Below, in pieces: positions 37,340 to 50,730 of a stretch of 64,000 nucleotides of DNA. The position numbers and the translations under genes were made by a program. Source of the DNA: Eledone cirrhosa (Eukaryota); NCBI GenBank assembly GCA_964016885.1, contig OZ024758.1, positions 27,714,001 to 27,778,000 on the forward strand, given 5' to 3'. Position 1 is the first letter of the stretch. Every line of letters begins with the position of its first letter. The notes below the pieces were generated by a model that was not told the DNA's origin, ran no database searches, and saw nothing but the letters and a program-made list of their open reading frames with translations.

Positions 37340-37640
37340 GTCTTGCTTGGTAGAGCTGCTACTTCTCCAAATTGAGAGATCACAGCTCTGATACTATGGG
37401 CATGTGGTTAGAATGTCTCATGTAAGAATTGCTGGACAGATTTTATGGGCAAAACCAACTGGCAGCAGACCTAGGGGTAGACCCAAAGCAAGATGGCTGG
37501 ATAATATCCATGAGCTTGGCTGATCTCACTTGGGGATCTAGCCGGACCAGTTGGAGATGTTTGCTTCTAACAGGACCTACTAAAAAGTGTTTGAGGACTC
37601 TGCCCCCATGACCCTCTCAGGAATAAGTGGGCAAAGAAAA
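37340..37640 (+). mobile_element. RTE LINE 3' fragment
   Basis: Reverse-complement homology to 12195-12480 and 19622-19920. Confidence 0.8.
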
Positions 37641-39842
37641 AGAAAAAAGAGCATAAGTGTAAGAAAATGAGTTGACTTTTCAAATATACAGCAGGTAATT
37701 GCAAGTCAAATAGACACAGAAAATAATTGTTTCTACTTTAGGCACAAGGCCAGCAATTAACCAGTGCATTACTGGTACTTTATTTTATCGACCCCGTAAG
37801 GATGAAAGGCAATGAAGCTGATTGCCATCTTAATTTTTCTGCTTTAATCCTTGAAATCAAAAGTATTCTTAGTCTGAGAGAGACTGCATTACTTCAAACT
37901 GCTAAAAGAAGACAAGGATTATCACAAGAAGTCTAAGCTTGATGCAAAATAACAAAAAACACAAGATACAGAAAGCTAAAAGTAAAAAGAATAACTACAA
38001 AAAAAAAAAAAAGGAAAATGAAGCAAGGTTTGAAACAGGAAAATTAAGATTTACTTAAAGGGGACAGAAATAAACTCCTTAATTTGTTTATGTACTCTAC
38101 ACCGACAGTATATTGACAGTCATTAGGATTAAAAATGCCTCTGAATTCAACTTTGCCTTTCATCCATTGTGAAGTTGATAAATAAAATACCAGTTAAATA
38201 TTGGGGTTGATTGTTACTTTCTCTGGAAGAAATCGACTATGTTCTGACCCGAGGAAGGATGGGCTTCACCAGGTTTTAAATGCTGTGTATCAGTATAGTG
38301 CCCATATCACTCCCTCGGGATTTAAGGGGTCTTTGCCTACTCTAGTGGGAACATAAGATTATAATGTATGTTTTAAAAAAATTAGATTATTGATAAAAAA
38401 AGAAAATTCAAATCTAAATATGGATATAACTAGAAACACATCATCTGTATAAATAATTAATATATATATAGATGGTGATGGTGGACCTCAGATCGCTGAA
38501 GCTTAAAGAGGAGATGATGAAGGGCCATGATGAATGGAAAGATGCTGTGCTGAAGAGGACCCATCCCACCCTTGCAAGCAAGGAAAAGGCGACGTAAAAA
38601 TGATGATGATGATATATATATATATATATATGCACTTGTGTTTCTGTGTTAGTCTCTTCTCTTTTCTTTGTATTCTACATCAAAGGCAGTGATATTTGTT
38701 TACATTCCACATAAACAGAAGTCACACTGCTCAGCATTTCAAGGTTTGAATCTATAGAATTCTACCTCAAAATATCTTGTCCAACCCATGCCAGCATTGA
38801 GTCAAGACATAACTGATAATAATAATAATGATATGCTCTAAAGATAAGAGTAATAATCCGGAAAACTAGTCTTAATAACTTATCCCAGACATTTAATTCT
38901 ACTCCACTTTCATAAAGCTCCAATTCATCAGCTATGCTTAGAAACACAATTCCTACACCTCCTTCATTCATTCACACATATACACACACACATACGCACA
39001 CACACTCTCTCAGGCACTGACACACCTGATCACAGTTATACACATATCTTAAGCTGATTAAGTATAACCTTCAAAATAGCTTGCCAAAAACAATATCTGC
39101 AGTTACAAGAAACATTTCCATGTAAAAACCAAAAAACAAAGAAATTTAAGCTGAGATAAATCTATTTTTCAATTTTGTTTGTTTCTAAAGAAAATGACAA
39201 TTCTTCATTATTATTTTTGCTAAATTTGAAATCACAGTATCACAAACAAAAAGTAATGTACCACAATAAGTGTGTTACTAGTCTTTGGCCATGAATTAAT
39301 ATTTTTATATAAACTGTAAACGTGGTTGGTGTTAGGAAGGCCATCCAGCCGTAGAAAACCTGCCAGACAGTCCTATATGAGCAAGACAACCAATCTTGCC
39401 TCACGTGGGACAATTCCCGTCTAAACCCATGCTAGCATGGAAGATGGACGTTAAACGATGATGATGATGATGAATCTTGTTTTGTTTACTTGATGTTTCA
39501 CTCTCCAGTTTTTATAGATATACTCTGTGATCTCTGCTGATACTAGCTACCTGCACTTCTCCAGCCCCTTTGTTGTCATTGTTTGAATTACAATGACTCT
39601 CAGCATCTCATCAAATGCTCAATATGATCTACACCAGCATTAATCGCAACCAAAATAACATTTTTATAATAAAATATTGTAGTTTGCTTGAAGCATTGCA
39701 TATAAAATATTATATAATTTGGAAAGTTATATAAGGCTAAACAATGCAAAATGCATGATAAGATGACGGTAAGGAAACATTTAGACACCTGGTAATCTTT
39801 GTTTGTTTTTGTTGATGTTTCTTTCGTCCTAATATTTTGGGA

Positions 39843-40206
39843 CAGTGTACCCCCGACATTCGAGGTCCTAGCATTCTCATCTCCGGTTATTCATAGAATT
39901 TTCCTTAGAACCCAACTAATAATTGTTCGTGGAAACCACCTCATATTCGCAGAATCATAAATTTCTTCCGCAATTTTTTTGTGGCCTTTTCCATGGCAAT
40001 ATATATTTTTTTAACAGTAAATTATTAATAACGATATACCGTATTTGCCTGCCTATTGGACGGCCCTTCGCATAAGACACTCCCTCTTTTTTTATTATAT
40101 TTTGATGTTTATAGGCATTTTTATGGACCACATCTAATATTCATGGTTTTTCACTCTTCATGGGTACTCTAGGAATGTAACTCCCACAAATACTGGGGGA
40201 CAACAG
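39843..40206. mobile_element. Tigger/pogo-like MITE
   Basis: Ends CAGTGTACCCCC / GGGGGACAACAG-TA; the right part recurs at 48504-48652, ending GGGGGACTACTG-TA. Confidence 0.55.
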
Positions 40207-41938
40207 TATAAAGAACACAGAGAAAACTGTTCCAGTTTCTTCTCTTTGGAATTAAATTTATATTTTATTTAAAGAAATTGGATGTTATCAGCTTCTTATT
40301 TAGAGATTTACTAGCTAAATTATAGTGAGGGGTTGAAATGCCCCAGTTAGTACTTCAAACCTTAAAATTTAGTGCATACATGCTATTTTAACCCTTTTGC
40401 ATTTAAACCGGCTGTATCCAGCCAGCATTCTCTCACTTCTTTCTGTTTAAACCAGCTCATAGTTATATTAAGGTATTGTTCTCAAAATAAATAATATCAA
40501 AATCTCATAGATTCGATATTACGTGAGATAAAGCCTTTACCATGAAAATATAATAGTATATATAAAGTAATGTAAATGATAAAGGTTTTATACTATTGTA
40601 ACTTAACAAACAATAGTGTTGTAGGTTACAAGTTTCCAACTGGGGCACTGCATTTCTAACAGCAAACGTGACAAATGTTGCTATTTTTTTCTAGTTGCTC
40701 GCCAATATTTATATCATCATCATCATTTTACATCCGCTTTTCCCTGCTTGCAAGGGTGGGACAGGAACTGATTCTGGCTTAATTTCTACAGCCGGATGCC
40801 CTTCCTAATACCAACCTCATTTACAGTAAGTGCTGGGTGCTTTTTTTCCGTGGCACCTACACGACCACTTTGCAGTGGAATGATAGGGACCCCAGTCCCT
40901 ATCATCTCATTTCTACAGCTGAGTAAACTGGAGCAATGTGAAATAAAGTGTCTTGCTCAAGGAAACAACACATCACCCGGTCTGAGAATTGAACTCACAA
41001 CCTTTCGATTGCAAGGCCAATGCTCTAACCACTAAGCCATGTGCCCCCTTATATCTTTTGACAATTCTTTTTATCAAATTCCACAAGATGCTGATCAACG
41101 CAAGTCTATTGTAGAAAACACTTGCCAAAGGTGCAGCACAGTGGGGTCAAACTTGGAATCCTGTGGTGGGGGGAACGGATATCAACAAGATCCCAGACCT
41201 CATTCACTTAACGAGTAGGTTGGATCTTGTCAAATCAGACCGCATTCCATTGCTGATACTATCTACCGGTCACAACTCCTGACAGAAAGAATGTAAAATA
41301 AAATGTCTTGCTCAAGAACATAACGCATTACTCGGTCCAAGAATTGAACTCACAATCTCACGATTGCAAATGCAACTATCTAACTACTAAGCCACACCCT
41401 CACAATCATGTTATTGGTTACAAAGCAAACTTCTTGACCATATAGCCATGTCTGCACCCAAGTTGATCTTACAATATAGATGGCCATAAAGTACAATAAT
41501 TCTATAACTGAAAGGATTGTAGGAACTGAATTCTATATTATATTTGTAAGTTCTATATAGTAACAGTGGTTCAGTCTATTTTTAAGGAATAAATAAAATT
41601 TGCTTGAATAGAAAATTGTGATGATACAAACAGTATATCATTCTGATTTAAGAAAAAACAAACAAATGCTTTAGACAGAGTAACAGTCAGCAAGAATATT
41701 GTGTGGGAATGAAGCTGCTTCTGTGTGGTACAGAAGAAAAACAACCTCTAAAATAAACTAGATCAACATATTTCTCCGAACTTAGCTTGTATAATATTTC
41801 TAAGATACTAATATTTCAAAAATAATGAAATAATCCTAGAAGTGGTTAGAAAATAAGTGAAAATGTTAAAAATATTTAATCTCATAAGGTAAAAAAAAAA
41901 AAAAAAAGGATTTTTAAATGTTGCAGAGTGAAGTTTAA

Positions 41939-42170
41939 CCCTTTTGTTACCAACCCAATCAAAACCAGCGCTCTGGTTCTAAGAAATAAAATCAAACATT
42001 TTAACGGTTTTAATTTAAATTAAAATCTAAAATCTTATAACATAATTTTATATAAGAACCTTACATTAAGTTACTATCTTTGTAAAGAAATGATTAATAA
42101 TTTTAGTAAATCCCTTCAAATTTTTAATTAATTAACTGAAATAGTGTATTGAAATACAGTCATGAAAGGG
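41939..42170. mobile_element. Second piggyBac-like MITE family
   Basis: TTAA-CCCTTT...AAAGGG-TTAA, with an internal sequence unrelated to the main MITE family. Confidence 0.6.
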
Positions 42171-43780
42171 TTAATAAGAAATCTGACAAATAACAAAAAT
42201 ATAATACAAATTTTCAAATCTTTAAACATTATTAATCATTGCAGACAATTCTAAGCAGACAATAAACAAATCTTTATATCTATTCTATCAACTTACATGA
42301 ATGAAACTCAACTTTAAAAAACAACCTAACCAACTATCTCCTACCAAAATATTTTCTGACAGTCTGTATATATGTATGTATATATGTATGTATATATGTA
42401 CGTGTGCTGCTACTTTTCAATATTTTTGCACCAAATCCAGCATCCATTTCCATTATAGTCCATACCTGAGCAATAGTTACAATTACAATGTTCCTAATAC
42501 TAATTTACAATATATAAAAAACACCTGCAATTGTCCTTGTAGCATACGTTTTTGTAACATATTTTCTTCATATTTTAACCCTTTAGCATTCACATTATTT
42601 TATATTTACGGTCTGAGTTCAAATCCCGCCGAGGTTAACTTTGCCTTTCATCCTTACGGGGTCGATAAAATAAAGTACCAGTAATACACTGGGATAATTG
42701 CTGGCCTTGTGCCAAAAGTAGAAACAATTATTTTATATTTACTATTATATTTTCATGGTAAAGGCTTTACCTCATAATTAATATCGAATCTATGAGATTT
42801 TGAAAGTATTTATTTTGAGAACAATACCTTAACATCAGTTTGAGTGACCAGTTACAGCCAGTTTCAACAGAAAGAGATAGAGAATTGTAGCCGGTTTGAA
42901 CACTAAAGGGTTAAATTCTATGTAATATCTTTCTGGTTTGAAAGCCATTTACTTTATTTCAAGATTCTGTAATTCAGGTTACTGTAATAAACTCCTCTGC
43001 TCGCCAATGTTTTAAAAAGAACAATTTTTCTAAGTTTCCTCAAAATGTGTTCATATTTAATAAGTTTTAGCAACTAAAATCAAAATTTGTGTCAAACTTA
43101 TGAAATTACTTATTAAGCCAGCATGCTCTTCCTAACGCCAACCACATTTAGTGTGGGATGGGTGCTTTTTGCTGTCTTTTACACGACCACTTTACAGTGT
43201 AGACTGGGTACTTTTTCTACAGCTGGATGCCCTTCCTAACACCAACCTCATTTACAGTGAGTGCTGGGTGCTTTTTTGCCGTGACACCTCCACGACCACT
43301 TTGCAGTGGAATGATAGGGACCCTAGTCCTATCATCTCATTTCTACAGCTGAGTAAACTGGAGCAATGTGAAATAAAGTGTCTTGCTAAAGGAAATAACA
43401 CATCACCCGGTCTGAGAATTGAACTCACAACCTTTCAATTGCAAGAATTGAACTCACAACCTTCTAACCACTAAGCCATGTGCCTTCATATATATATATA
43501 TATATATATACTGCCAAATCAACCTCCCAAATGCAAGTCGATTGAAAGGTATGTCGTATCTATTTATTTATAAGACTGTTTATATTGTATTTTGTCTGAA
43601 GAAGGCATAACATATTGTTAATATGATATCCCTGAAATATATATAATGAAATAGATATGGTTTTATAAATATAGTTTCCATTTATTTAATATCATAAATA
43701 TACTCCAAATACTTGTTGAGTGCTTTTATATCAGTTATAAATATTTACTCGTTAACCCAACAATTTAAATATAACTTTCC

Positions 43781-43819
<39 letters not shown>

Positions 43820-44007
43820 GTGGCCATGTAGGTAACAGGATAAAAACCTCCCAGTCCACACTGTAAACGTGGTTGGTGTTAGGAAGGGCATCCAGCCATA
43901 GAAAACCCGCCAGACAGTCCTGAGCAAGACAACTAATATTGCCTCAAGTGGGACAATTCCCATTCAGACCCATGCTAGCGTGGAAAATGGACATTAAATA
44001 ATGATGA

Positions 44008-44056
<49 letters not shown>

Positions 44057-44058
<2 letters not shown>

Positions 44059-46228
44059 AGGAGAGTAACTTGGTGGTGGAACAGTAAGGTAGAAGAGACA
44101 ACCAAGGCCAAAAAGCAGGCTTGGAAAGTATGGCAGGATGGGGGAAGTAGAGAGCACTATCAAGTGGCCAGGAGAGAAGCTAGGAGATAAGTGTACCTTG
44201 CAAAAAGGGTAGCAGAGGATAGAAAGTTCAAGCATGTTCTACAACATGAGGACCAAAAACGTGAGGTGTTCAGGATTGCTAGACAATGTGTCAAGGAAAA
44301 CCGTGATATTGTCGGGGAGAAGTGTGTCTGTAATGATAACGGTGTACTTGCCCTCACTGATGCTTATAAGAAGATAGCCTGGAAGTGTCACTACGAGAGA
44401 CTATTAAATGAGGAGAATAAGTGGGAAAAAAATAGTCTGCTAATCAGAGAGCGAATTGATCTAGATGAAATGCAGTTTGGATTTGTGTTAGGTAAAAGTA
44501 CCACAGACGCTCTTTTCCTTGTACGACAACTACAAGAGAAGTACCTAGCTAAAAGTAAACCCCTCTACTTAGCTTTTGTAGACCTGGAGAAAGCCTTTGA
44601 CAGAGTCCCCCGCTCCATTATCTGGTGGGCTCTTAGAAAACTAGGTGTAGATGAATGGCTTGTGAGAGTGATACAAGCTATGTATAATGAAACAGTCAGT
44701 AAGGTTAGAATTAACAATGAATATTGTGAAGAATTTAGTGTAAAAGTTGGCGTTCATCAAGGCTCTGTCCTTAGCCACCTCCTATTTATTATTGCCCTTC
44801 AGGCTATGACAGAGGAGTTCAAGACCGGTTGCCCATGGGAACTCCTATACGCAGATGATCTAACGCTCATAGTTGAATCAATGGCTGAACTAGAGAAGAA
44901 ATTTGAAACATGGAAGCATGGCCTAGAATCAAAAGGCCTTAAAGTTAACATGTCTAAGACTAAAGTTCTAGTTTGTAGAAAGGAAAATAGGGCACAGGTG
45001 CCCTCAGGGAAATGGCCATGCTCAATGTGTAGGAAAGGAGTAGGCAGAAATTCCATTTTATGTCCCAAATGCAAAGTATGGGTACATAAAAGATGTAGTG
45101 GGATCACAGGTAAACTATCTAAGAACGTAGACTTTATATGTGGCTGATGCTCAGGTGCAATAAGTAGCAAGTGTCCACAGGATACTAGCTTCTTCTATTG
45201 CCCAGATGGTTCTATAGAAATAATAGACACTTTCCGTTACCTGGGTGACGAAATCAGCAGTAGTGGAGGGTGTTCTGAAAGTACAGTAGCCAGAGTCAGA
45301 ACAGGATGGAAAAAGTTCAGAGAGCTTATACCACTATTGGCCGCTAAAGGTTTCTCTCTAAAAATGAAAGGCAGGCTGTATGATGCTTGTATACGAACAG
45401 CAATGCTACATGGCAGTGAGACATGGGCATTACGTGCAGAGGACCTGCGCAGACTGGAAAGGAACGAAGCATGCATGCTCCGTTGGATGTGTAATAGTAA
45501 TATACATGAACGGCAAAGCATACATGAACGGCAAAGCATAAATGAACTAAGTGAGAAATTAGGAATAAGAGGAATCAGATGCTGTTTACTTGAGAGAAGA
45601 CTGCGTTGGTATGGCCACGTGATGCGCATGAAAGACGACAGCTGTATAAAAAAGTGCAGGGCGATCAAAATTGATGGTAGTTACGGAGTTGGTAGTCCCA
45701 GAAAAACCTGGGACGATCTAATAAATTCCGACCTTACACACTTGCACCTCTCTAAGACAATGTCACTGGACCGAGATCTTTGGCGCTACGCAATAATACA
45801 GAAGACCCGCCTTGCCTATGTACAAAGTGAAACATAGTCAGTAGGCACCTCTAAACCAAATATACACCACAATCCACTACCCCTACCCTATCCTCCCACT
45901 AACACCACCCTCTCTCTGTAAAATTGGTACCACAACATCCAGTCCAAATAAATGAGATAATGAGATCGAGATTGTGTAGGTGTCACGACAAAAAACACAG
46001 TCCACGCTGTAATGTGGCCGTGTAGGTAACACGGTAAAAAGGTCCCAGTTCCACACTGTAAATGTGGTTGGTGTTAAGAAGGGTATCCAGCCGTAGAAAA
46101 CCTGCCAGATAGTCCTATATGAGCGAGACACAGTCACCCGACCTACCTTAACTCAAATTGGGACAACTCCCGTCTAACCCATGCTAGCGTGGAAAATGGA
46201 CGTTAAACGAAGATGATGATGATGATGA
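44057..46228 (+). mobile_element. RTE-clade non-LTR retrotransposon (LINE), 5'-truncated and degenerate, with 3'UTR ending in (GAT)n
   Basis: RT motifs AFVDLEKAFDRV, VGVHQGSVLS, LLYADDL and FRYLG; RTE-type C-terminus (MLHGSETW, RRLRWYGHVMR, RKTW). The 3'UTR 45838-46228 ends ...GGACGTTAAACGAAGATGATGAT. The element starts directly after a (TA)n tract. Confidence 0.93.
44062..45837 (+). pseudogene. Disrupted RTE reverse transcriptase ORF with a PHD-like Cys/His finger
   Basis: ORFs 44191-45147 and 45337-45837 and the upstream RVTWWWNS segment share one frame, broken by TAA 44188-44190 and TGA 45145-45147. Finger: CSMC...CPKC...HKRC...CG*C. There is an apparent in-frame deletion at EKNSL|LIRER and an 18-nt duplication (IHERQS x2). 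Confidence 0.9.
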
Positions 46229-46964
46229 TATATCATCATCATCATCATCATCGTTTAACGTCCATGTTCCACGCTTGCATGGGTTTGGACGGGAGTTTTC
46301 CCACTTGAGGCAAGAGTGGTTGTCCTGCTCGCATAGGACTGTCTGGCGGGTTTTCTACAGCTGGATGCCCTTCCTAACACCAACCACATTTACAGTAAAA
46401 GACACATACCCAAAATACCACACAGTGAGATAAAACCAGAAACCATTTGGATATGAAGAACACTTCAAAGCCACACAGCCATGCCTGCATTTACTATATA
46501 ATCTCAAAGAAATAACCACCTTACAATGCTATAGTGGAATTATTGATTGAACGTCCATTTTTTAAATTTATTTATGTTAGTAAAGAGAGTTTCTCTCCAA
46601 ACTGTATCTAGACTTCGCTTCATTTGTGATCTCTAACTTGTCTGATGTCTTCCTTCATCAAACTCTATCTTGAGTAAATCTCATAAACATACTCTGTTAT
46701 TGTCTTCTATATCTTTTCAAAAACCCTTTACTCGTTAAGTTAAACAAATGTAGTTCAGTAAGATAGCTATAAGAGAAATGTATGAAGAATAAACTGTCTC
46801 GTGAAAAATACAGAACTCATGCTCTTGAATAAATCTAAGCTGCAAACAACTTAACTATAGAGACAATGTTAACCCTATCTTTACCAGATATCGAGTGAAA
46901 TATCTTCTCATCCCATCCTTATTTCTGAGGGTCAGGGGACATGGACTTATGGACGAGCACTCTG

Positions 46965-47518
46965 GCGGGGTGCTTTTTGTTGTGTCACCAACACAACTAC
47001 CTTACAGCCTGGCCCAGGTGCTTTTTGTTGTGTCACCAACATAACTACTTTACAAGGTGAACCAGGTGCTTTTTGTTATATCACCAACACAACCACCTTA
47101 ATGGGTGAACTGGGTGCTTTTTGTTATATCACCAACACTACCACCTTACAGGGTAAACTGGGTGCTTTTTGTCAGGTCACCAACACAACCACCTTACAAC
47201 TTGGGCCGGGTGTTTTTTGTTGTCACCAACACAACCACTTTACAGGTTGGACTGGGTACTTGTTCTCGTGTCACCAACACAACCACTTTACAGGTTGGAC
47301 TGGGTGTTTTTTGTCGTGTCACCAACACAACCACTTTACAGGTTGGACTGGGTGCTTGTTGTCGTGTCACCAACACAACCACTTTACAGGTTGGACTGGG
47401 TGCTTGTTGTCGTGTCACCAACACAACCACTTCACAACCTGACCCGGCTCGGGTGCTTTTTATCATGTCACCAACACAACCACCTTACAGGGTAAACTGA
47501 ATGCTTGTTGTCATGTCA
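46965..47518. repeat. 48-bp minisatellite (about 11 copies) related to the RTE 3'UTR unit
   Basis: Unit AACCACTTTACAGGTTGGACTGGGTGCTTGTTGTCGTGTCACCAACAC, period 48 (47281, 47329). Confidence 0.9.
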
Positions 47519-49145
47519 TTAATTCTCTTTATTAAATGATAAATGATGATAGAATAGTAAAGAAATCAATGCTTTCAGTAATATCAATGAGATATGTGTT
47601 AAATATGTCAGTTTTCTTTTCAAATGTAATTTCTCCATATCTAACACAAGAAGGCTCTGACAAATTGCTTTCCAGTATTAATCAGATAAAACTGTCAAGT
47701 GAAAAGGCCTTGTTAGTGCATGTCATTAAAGATTTAATCAGCAGATACAGCAATTTCATTAACATTTATAGTTATTTGTTAGATAATCCTCATCTTACTT
47801 TTCTAGGCATTTGATTGTTATGCATTTTAATTAACCACTTGGTTTATTTTCCGTAATGAAAAATTAGATAAAGAAAATGAACAAAACATCCATTTAAAAT
47901 ATCTCTACACTTACTCAAAAATTCTATTACAATGACAAAATAAAGTAATAATTGTTTCTACTTTAGGCACAAGGCCAACAATTACCCAGTACATTACTGG
48001 TACTTTATTTTATCGACCCCGTAAGGATGAAAGGTAAAGTTAACCTCAACGGGATTTGAACTCGGACCATAAAGGGACGTAACTATGCTAGAAAGCATGA
48101 CATCCAACCCTCTACTGATACTGCCAATTCACCGCCCTTTGTTCTCGTGACACGACAAGCACCCAGTCCAACCTTAAAGTGGTTGTGTTGGTGACACAAC
48201 AAAAAACACCCAGTCCAACCTGTAAAGTGGTTGTGTTGGTGACACGAGAACAAAATAAAGTAATAATAAAGTGTTACGTTGTAAAAAAATTCAATTAAGA
48301 TAAAAAAGAAAAAATATAGCAAAAACAAAAGAAATGGTCATATTTTACCTTCTTTAACCCTTTAGCATTTAAAGCTGCCACATCTGGCCAAAATTCTCTC
48401 ACCTCTTTCTGTTCAAACCAGCTATAACCAGCCACTCATACTGATGTTAAGGTATTGTTCTTAAAATGAATGATATCAAAATCTCATAGATTCGATATTA
48501 AGTGCATAAGACACTCCCTCTTCTTCTTATTATATTTTACGTTATATTTTGATGTTTATAGGTATTTTTACAGACCATGTCCAATATTCAGTTTTTCACT
48601 CTTCACGGGTGCTTGAGGAGCATAATCCCTGCCAATACTGGGGGGACTACTGTATATATAGAGTAATGTAAATGTTAAAGGGCTAACTTAGTTCTCTGAT
48701 AGATTCTACATGACAGTGAGTTATACCTGGATTACATACACAGCTCATTTTTAACCAGTAAAGTGGACAGGAGCAACATAAAATAAAGTATCTTACTCAA
48801 GGACAACATGCCACCAGGAATCATACACAACCTTATGCTCATGAGCCAAATACTGTTATCAGTAAGCCACATGTCTTCACACACACACATATCATCACTG
48901 TCATAATCTGCCCTTTATGAGAACAGAAACACACATGATAGAATGTAACTTCACATACTTCACTGAAAATTAGTGTACAACTAATAAGATAAGCCAAATA
49001 ATTTGGAAAAGAAGAATACACATAAATACAGAGAAACTATACATCTGCCGAATAGTATTTTTATAATCTAATAAAGCTTTAAAGTTTTGAAAAAAATACT
49101 CAGAACTCGTATAAAATATCTAATATTTTTTCTCAAACATATTAA

Positions 49146-49347
49146 CCCTTTAGCATTTAAACCGGCCATATCCGGCCAGAGTTCTCTCACCTCTTTCTGT
49201 TCAAACTGACCCCAGCCAGCCCCTCATACTGACTTTAAGGTATTGTTCTCAAAATAAATAATATCAAAATCTCATAGATTCAATATTATGTGAGATGTTA
49301 CTGCAAAAATACAATAGTTTATAAAGAGTAATGTAAATGCTAAAGGG
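49146..49347. mobile_element. piggyBac-like MITE (TTAA target, CCCTTTAGCATTTA TIR)
   Basis: TTAA-CCCTTTAGCATTTA...TAAATGCTAAAGGG-TTAA, 14-bp perfect TIR. Other copies near 391-597, 1830-2044, 2445-2700, 5829-6393, 8888-9103, 11816-12005, 25370-25561, 40388-40590, 42574-42914 and 48354-48685. Confidence 0.9.
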
Positions 49348-50574
49348 TTAAAGATAAAATAATTGTTTCTACTTTAGGCACAAGGTCAGCAATTATCCAG
49401 TACATTACTGGTACTTTATTTTATCGACCCCGTAAGGATGAAAGGCAAAGTTAACCTTGGCGGGATTTGAACTCAGACCGTAAAGGGACATAACTATGCT
49501 AGAAAGCATGACGTCCAACCCTTACCGATACTGCCAATTCACCGCCTTAAGATAAAATAATGACAAAGAGAGTGAGAAAGAGTATTGCGGTTTGTGTAGA
49601 ATAACTTTAATGTATTACAGAAATACATAGGTGTAGAGTCTGCCACCCTCTTCCCTTTCGTTGCCTAATAAACCTTGCTCTTTTCCTCTCATTTATAGCA
49701 TTTGTAGTCCTTTTCAAAGCTGCTTTCTTTTTCTAGGTTTCACTAAATATTAAATTCTTTATTATTTTTATGCAAGTTACGGCCCTTTATGGTCTGAGTT
49801 CAAATCCCGCCGAGGTTAACTTTGCCTTCCATCCTTACGGGGGTCGAAAAAATAAAGTACCAGTAACACACTGGGATAATTGCTGGCCTTGTGCCAAAAG
49901 TAGAAACAATTATTTTTATGTAATTTTATCCTAGTATTTTTCATTTTTCATTCACTTTTCCCTGCTTGCAAGGGTGGGACGGGAACTGATTCTGGCTTCA
50001 TTTCTACAGCTGGATGCCCTTCCTAACACCAACCTCATTTACAGTGAGTGCTGGGTGTTTTTTTGCCGTGGCACCTCCACGACCACTTTGCAGTGAAATG
50101 ATAGGGACCCCAGTCCCTATCATCTCATTTCTACAGCTGAGTAAACTGGAGCAATGTGAAATAAAGTGTCTTGCTCAAGGAAACAACACATCACCCAGTC
50201 TGAGAATTGAACTCACAACCTTTCGATTGCAAGGCCAATGCTCTAACCACTGAGCCATGTGCCTCCATAGTATATATTTGAGTATTTTGAAATAAAATAA
50301 TTTAACTTCTAATTATGGAGCTGTGAAGGTCTCGGAATGGTACAAGATTATGGATTAAGAAAACTTATGAACACTCAAGTGTAAAAGAATAATCAAAGAA
50401 ATAGTAGAAGAATCACCATCATCATTTTTACCCCTGCTTTCCACATAGGCATGGGTTGGACGAATTGTCCTGGCTGAGACCAGACTGGTCTGAGCAACCA
50501 ATCCTGGTTCATTATGTTCCATATTTGGCAGCACTTCTGTGGCTGGATGCCCTTTCATAATGCTAACTGCCTTA

Positions 50575-50730
50575 CGGGGTGGGATTTACGTATAAGCTAA
50601 ACAAGCTATAACTTAGGGCCCCCACACAAAAAACAGCGATGATTTGTCACCAACATAGGACATCTGGACATATAAAGGGCTCCATTATCTCAAATAGCTT
50701 AGGGCCTCATCAAATCTAAATCCGGCCCTG
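50575..50730. mobile_element. Small hAT-like MITE with a 9-bp TSD, inserted in an RTE-tail copy
   Basis: TSD ACTGCCTTA (50566-50574 and 50731-50739); ends CGGGGTGGGATTTA / TAAATCCGGCCCTG. Confidence 0.7.

Noticed and set aside
48950-48975. Micro-exon (TTTTCAG-TGAA-GTATGT on the minus strand)
   Set aside because: Only 4 nt and frame-shifting; such motifs are expected by chance in AT-rich DNA.
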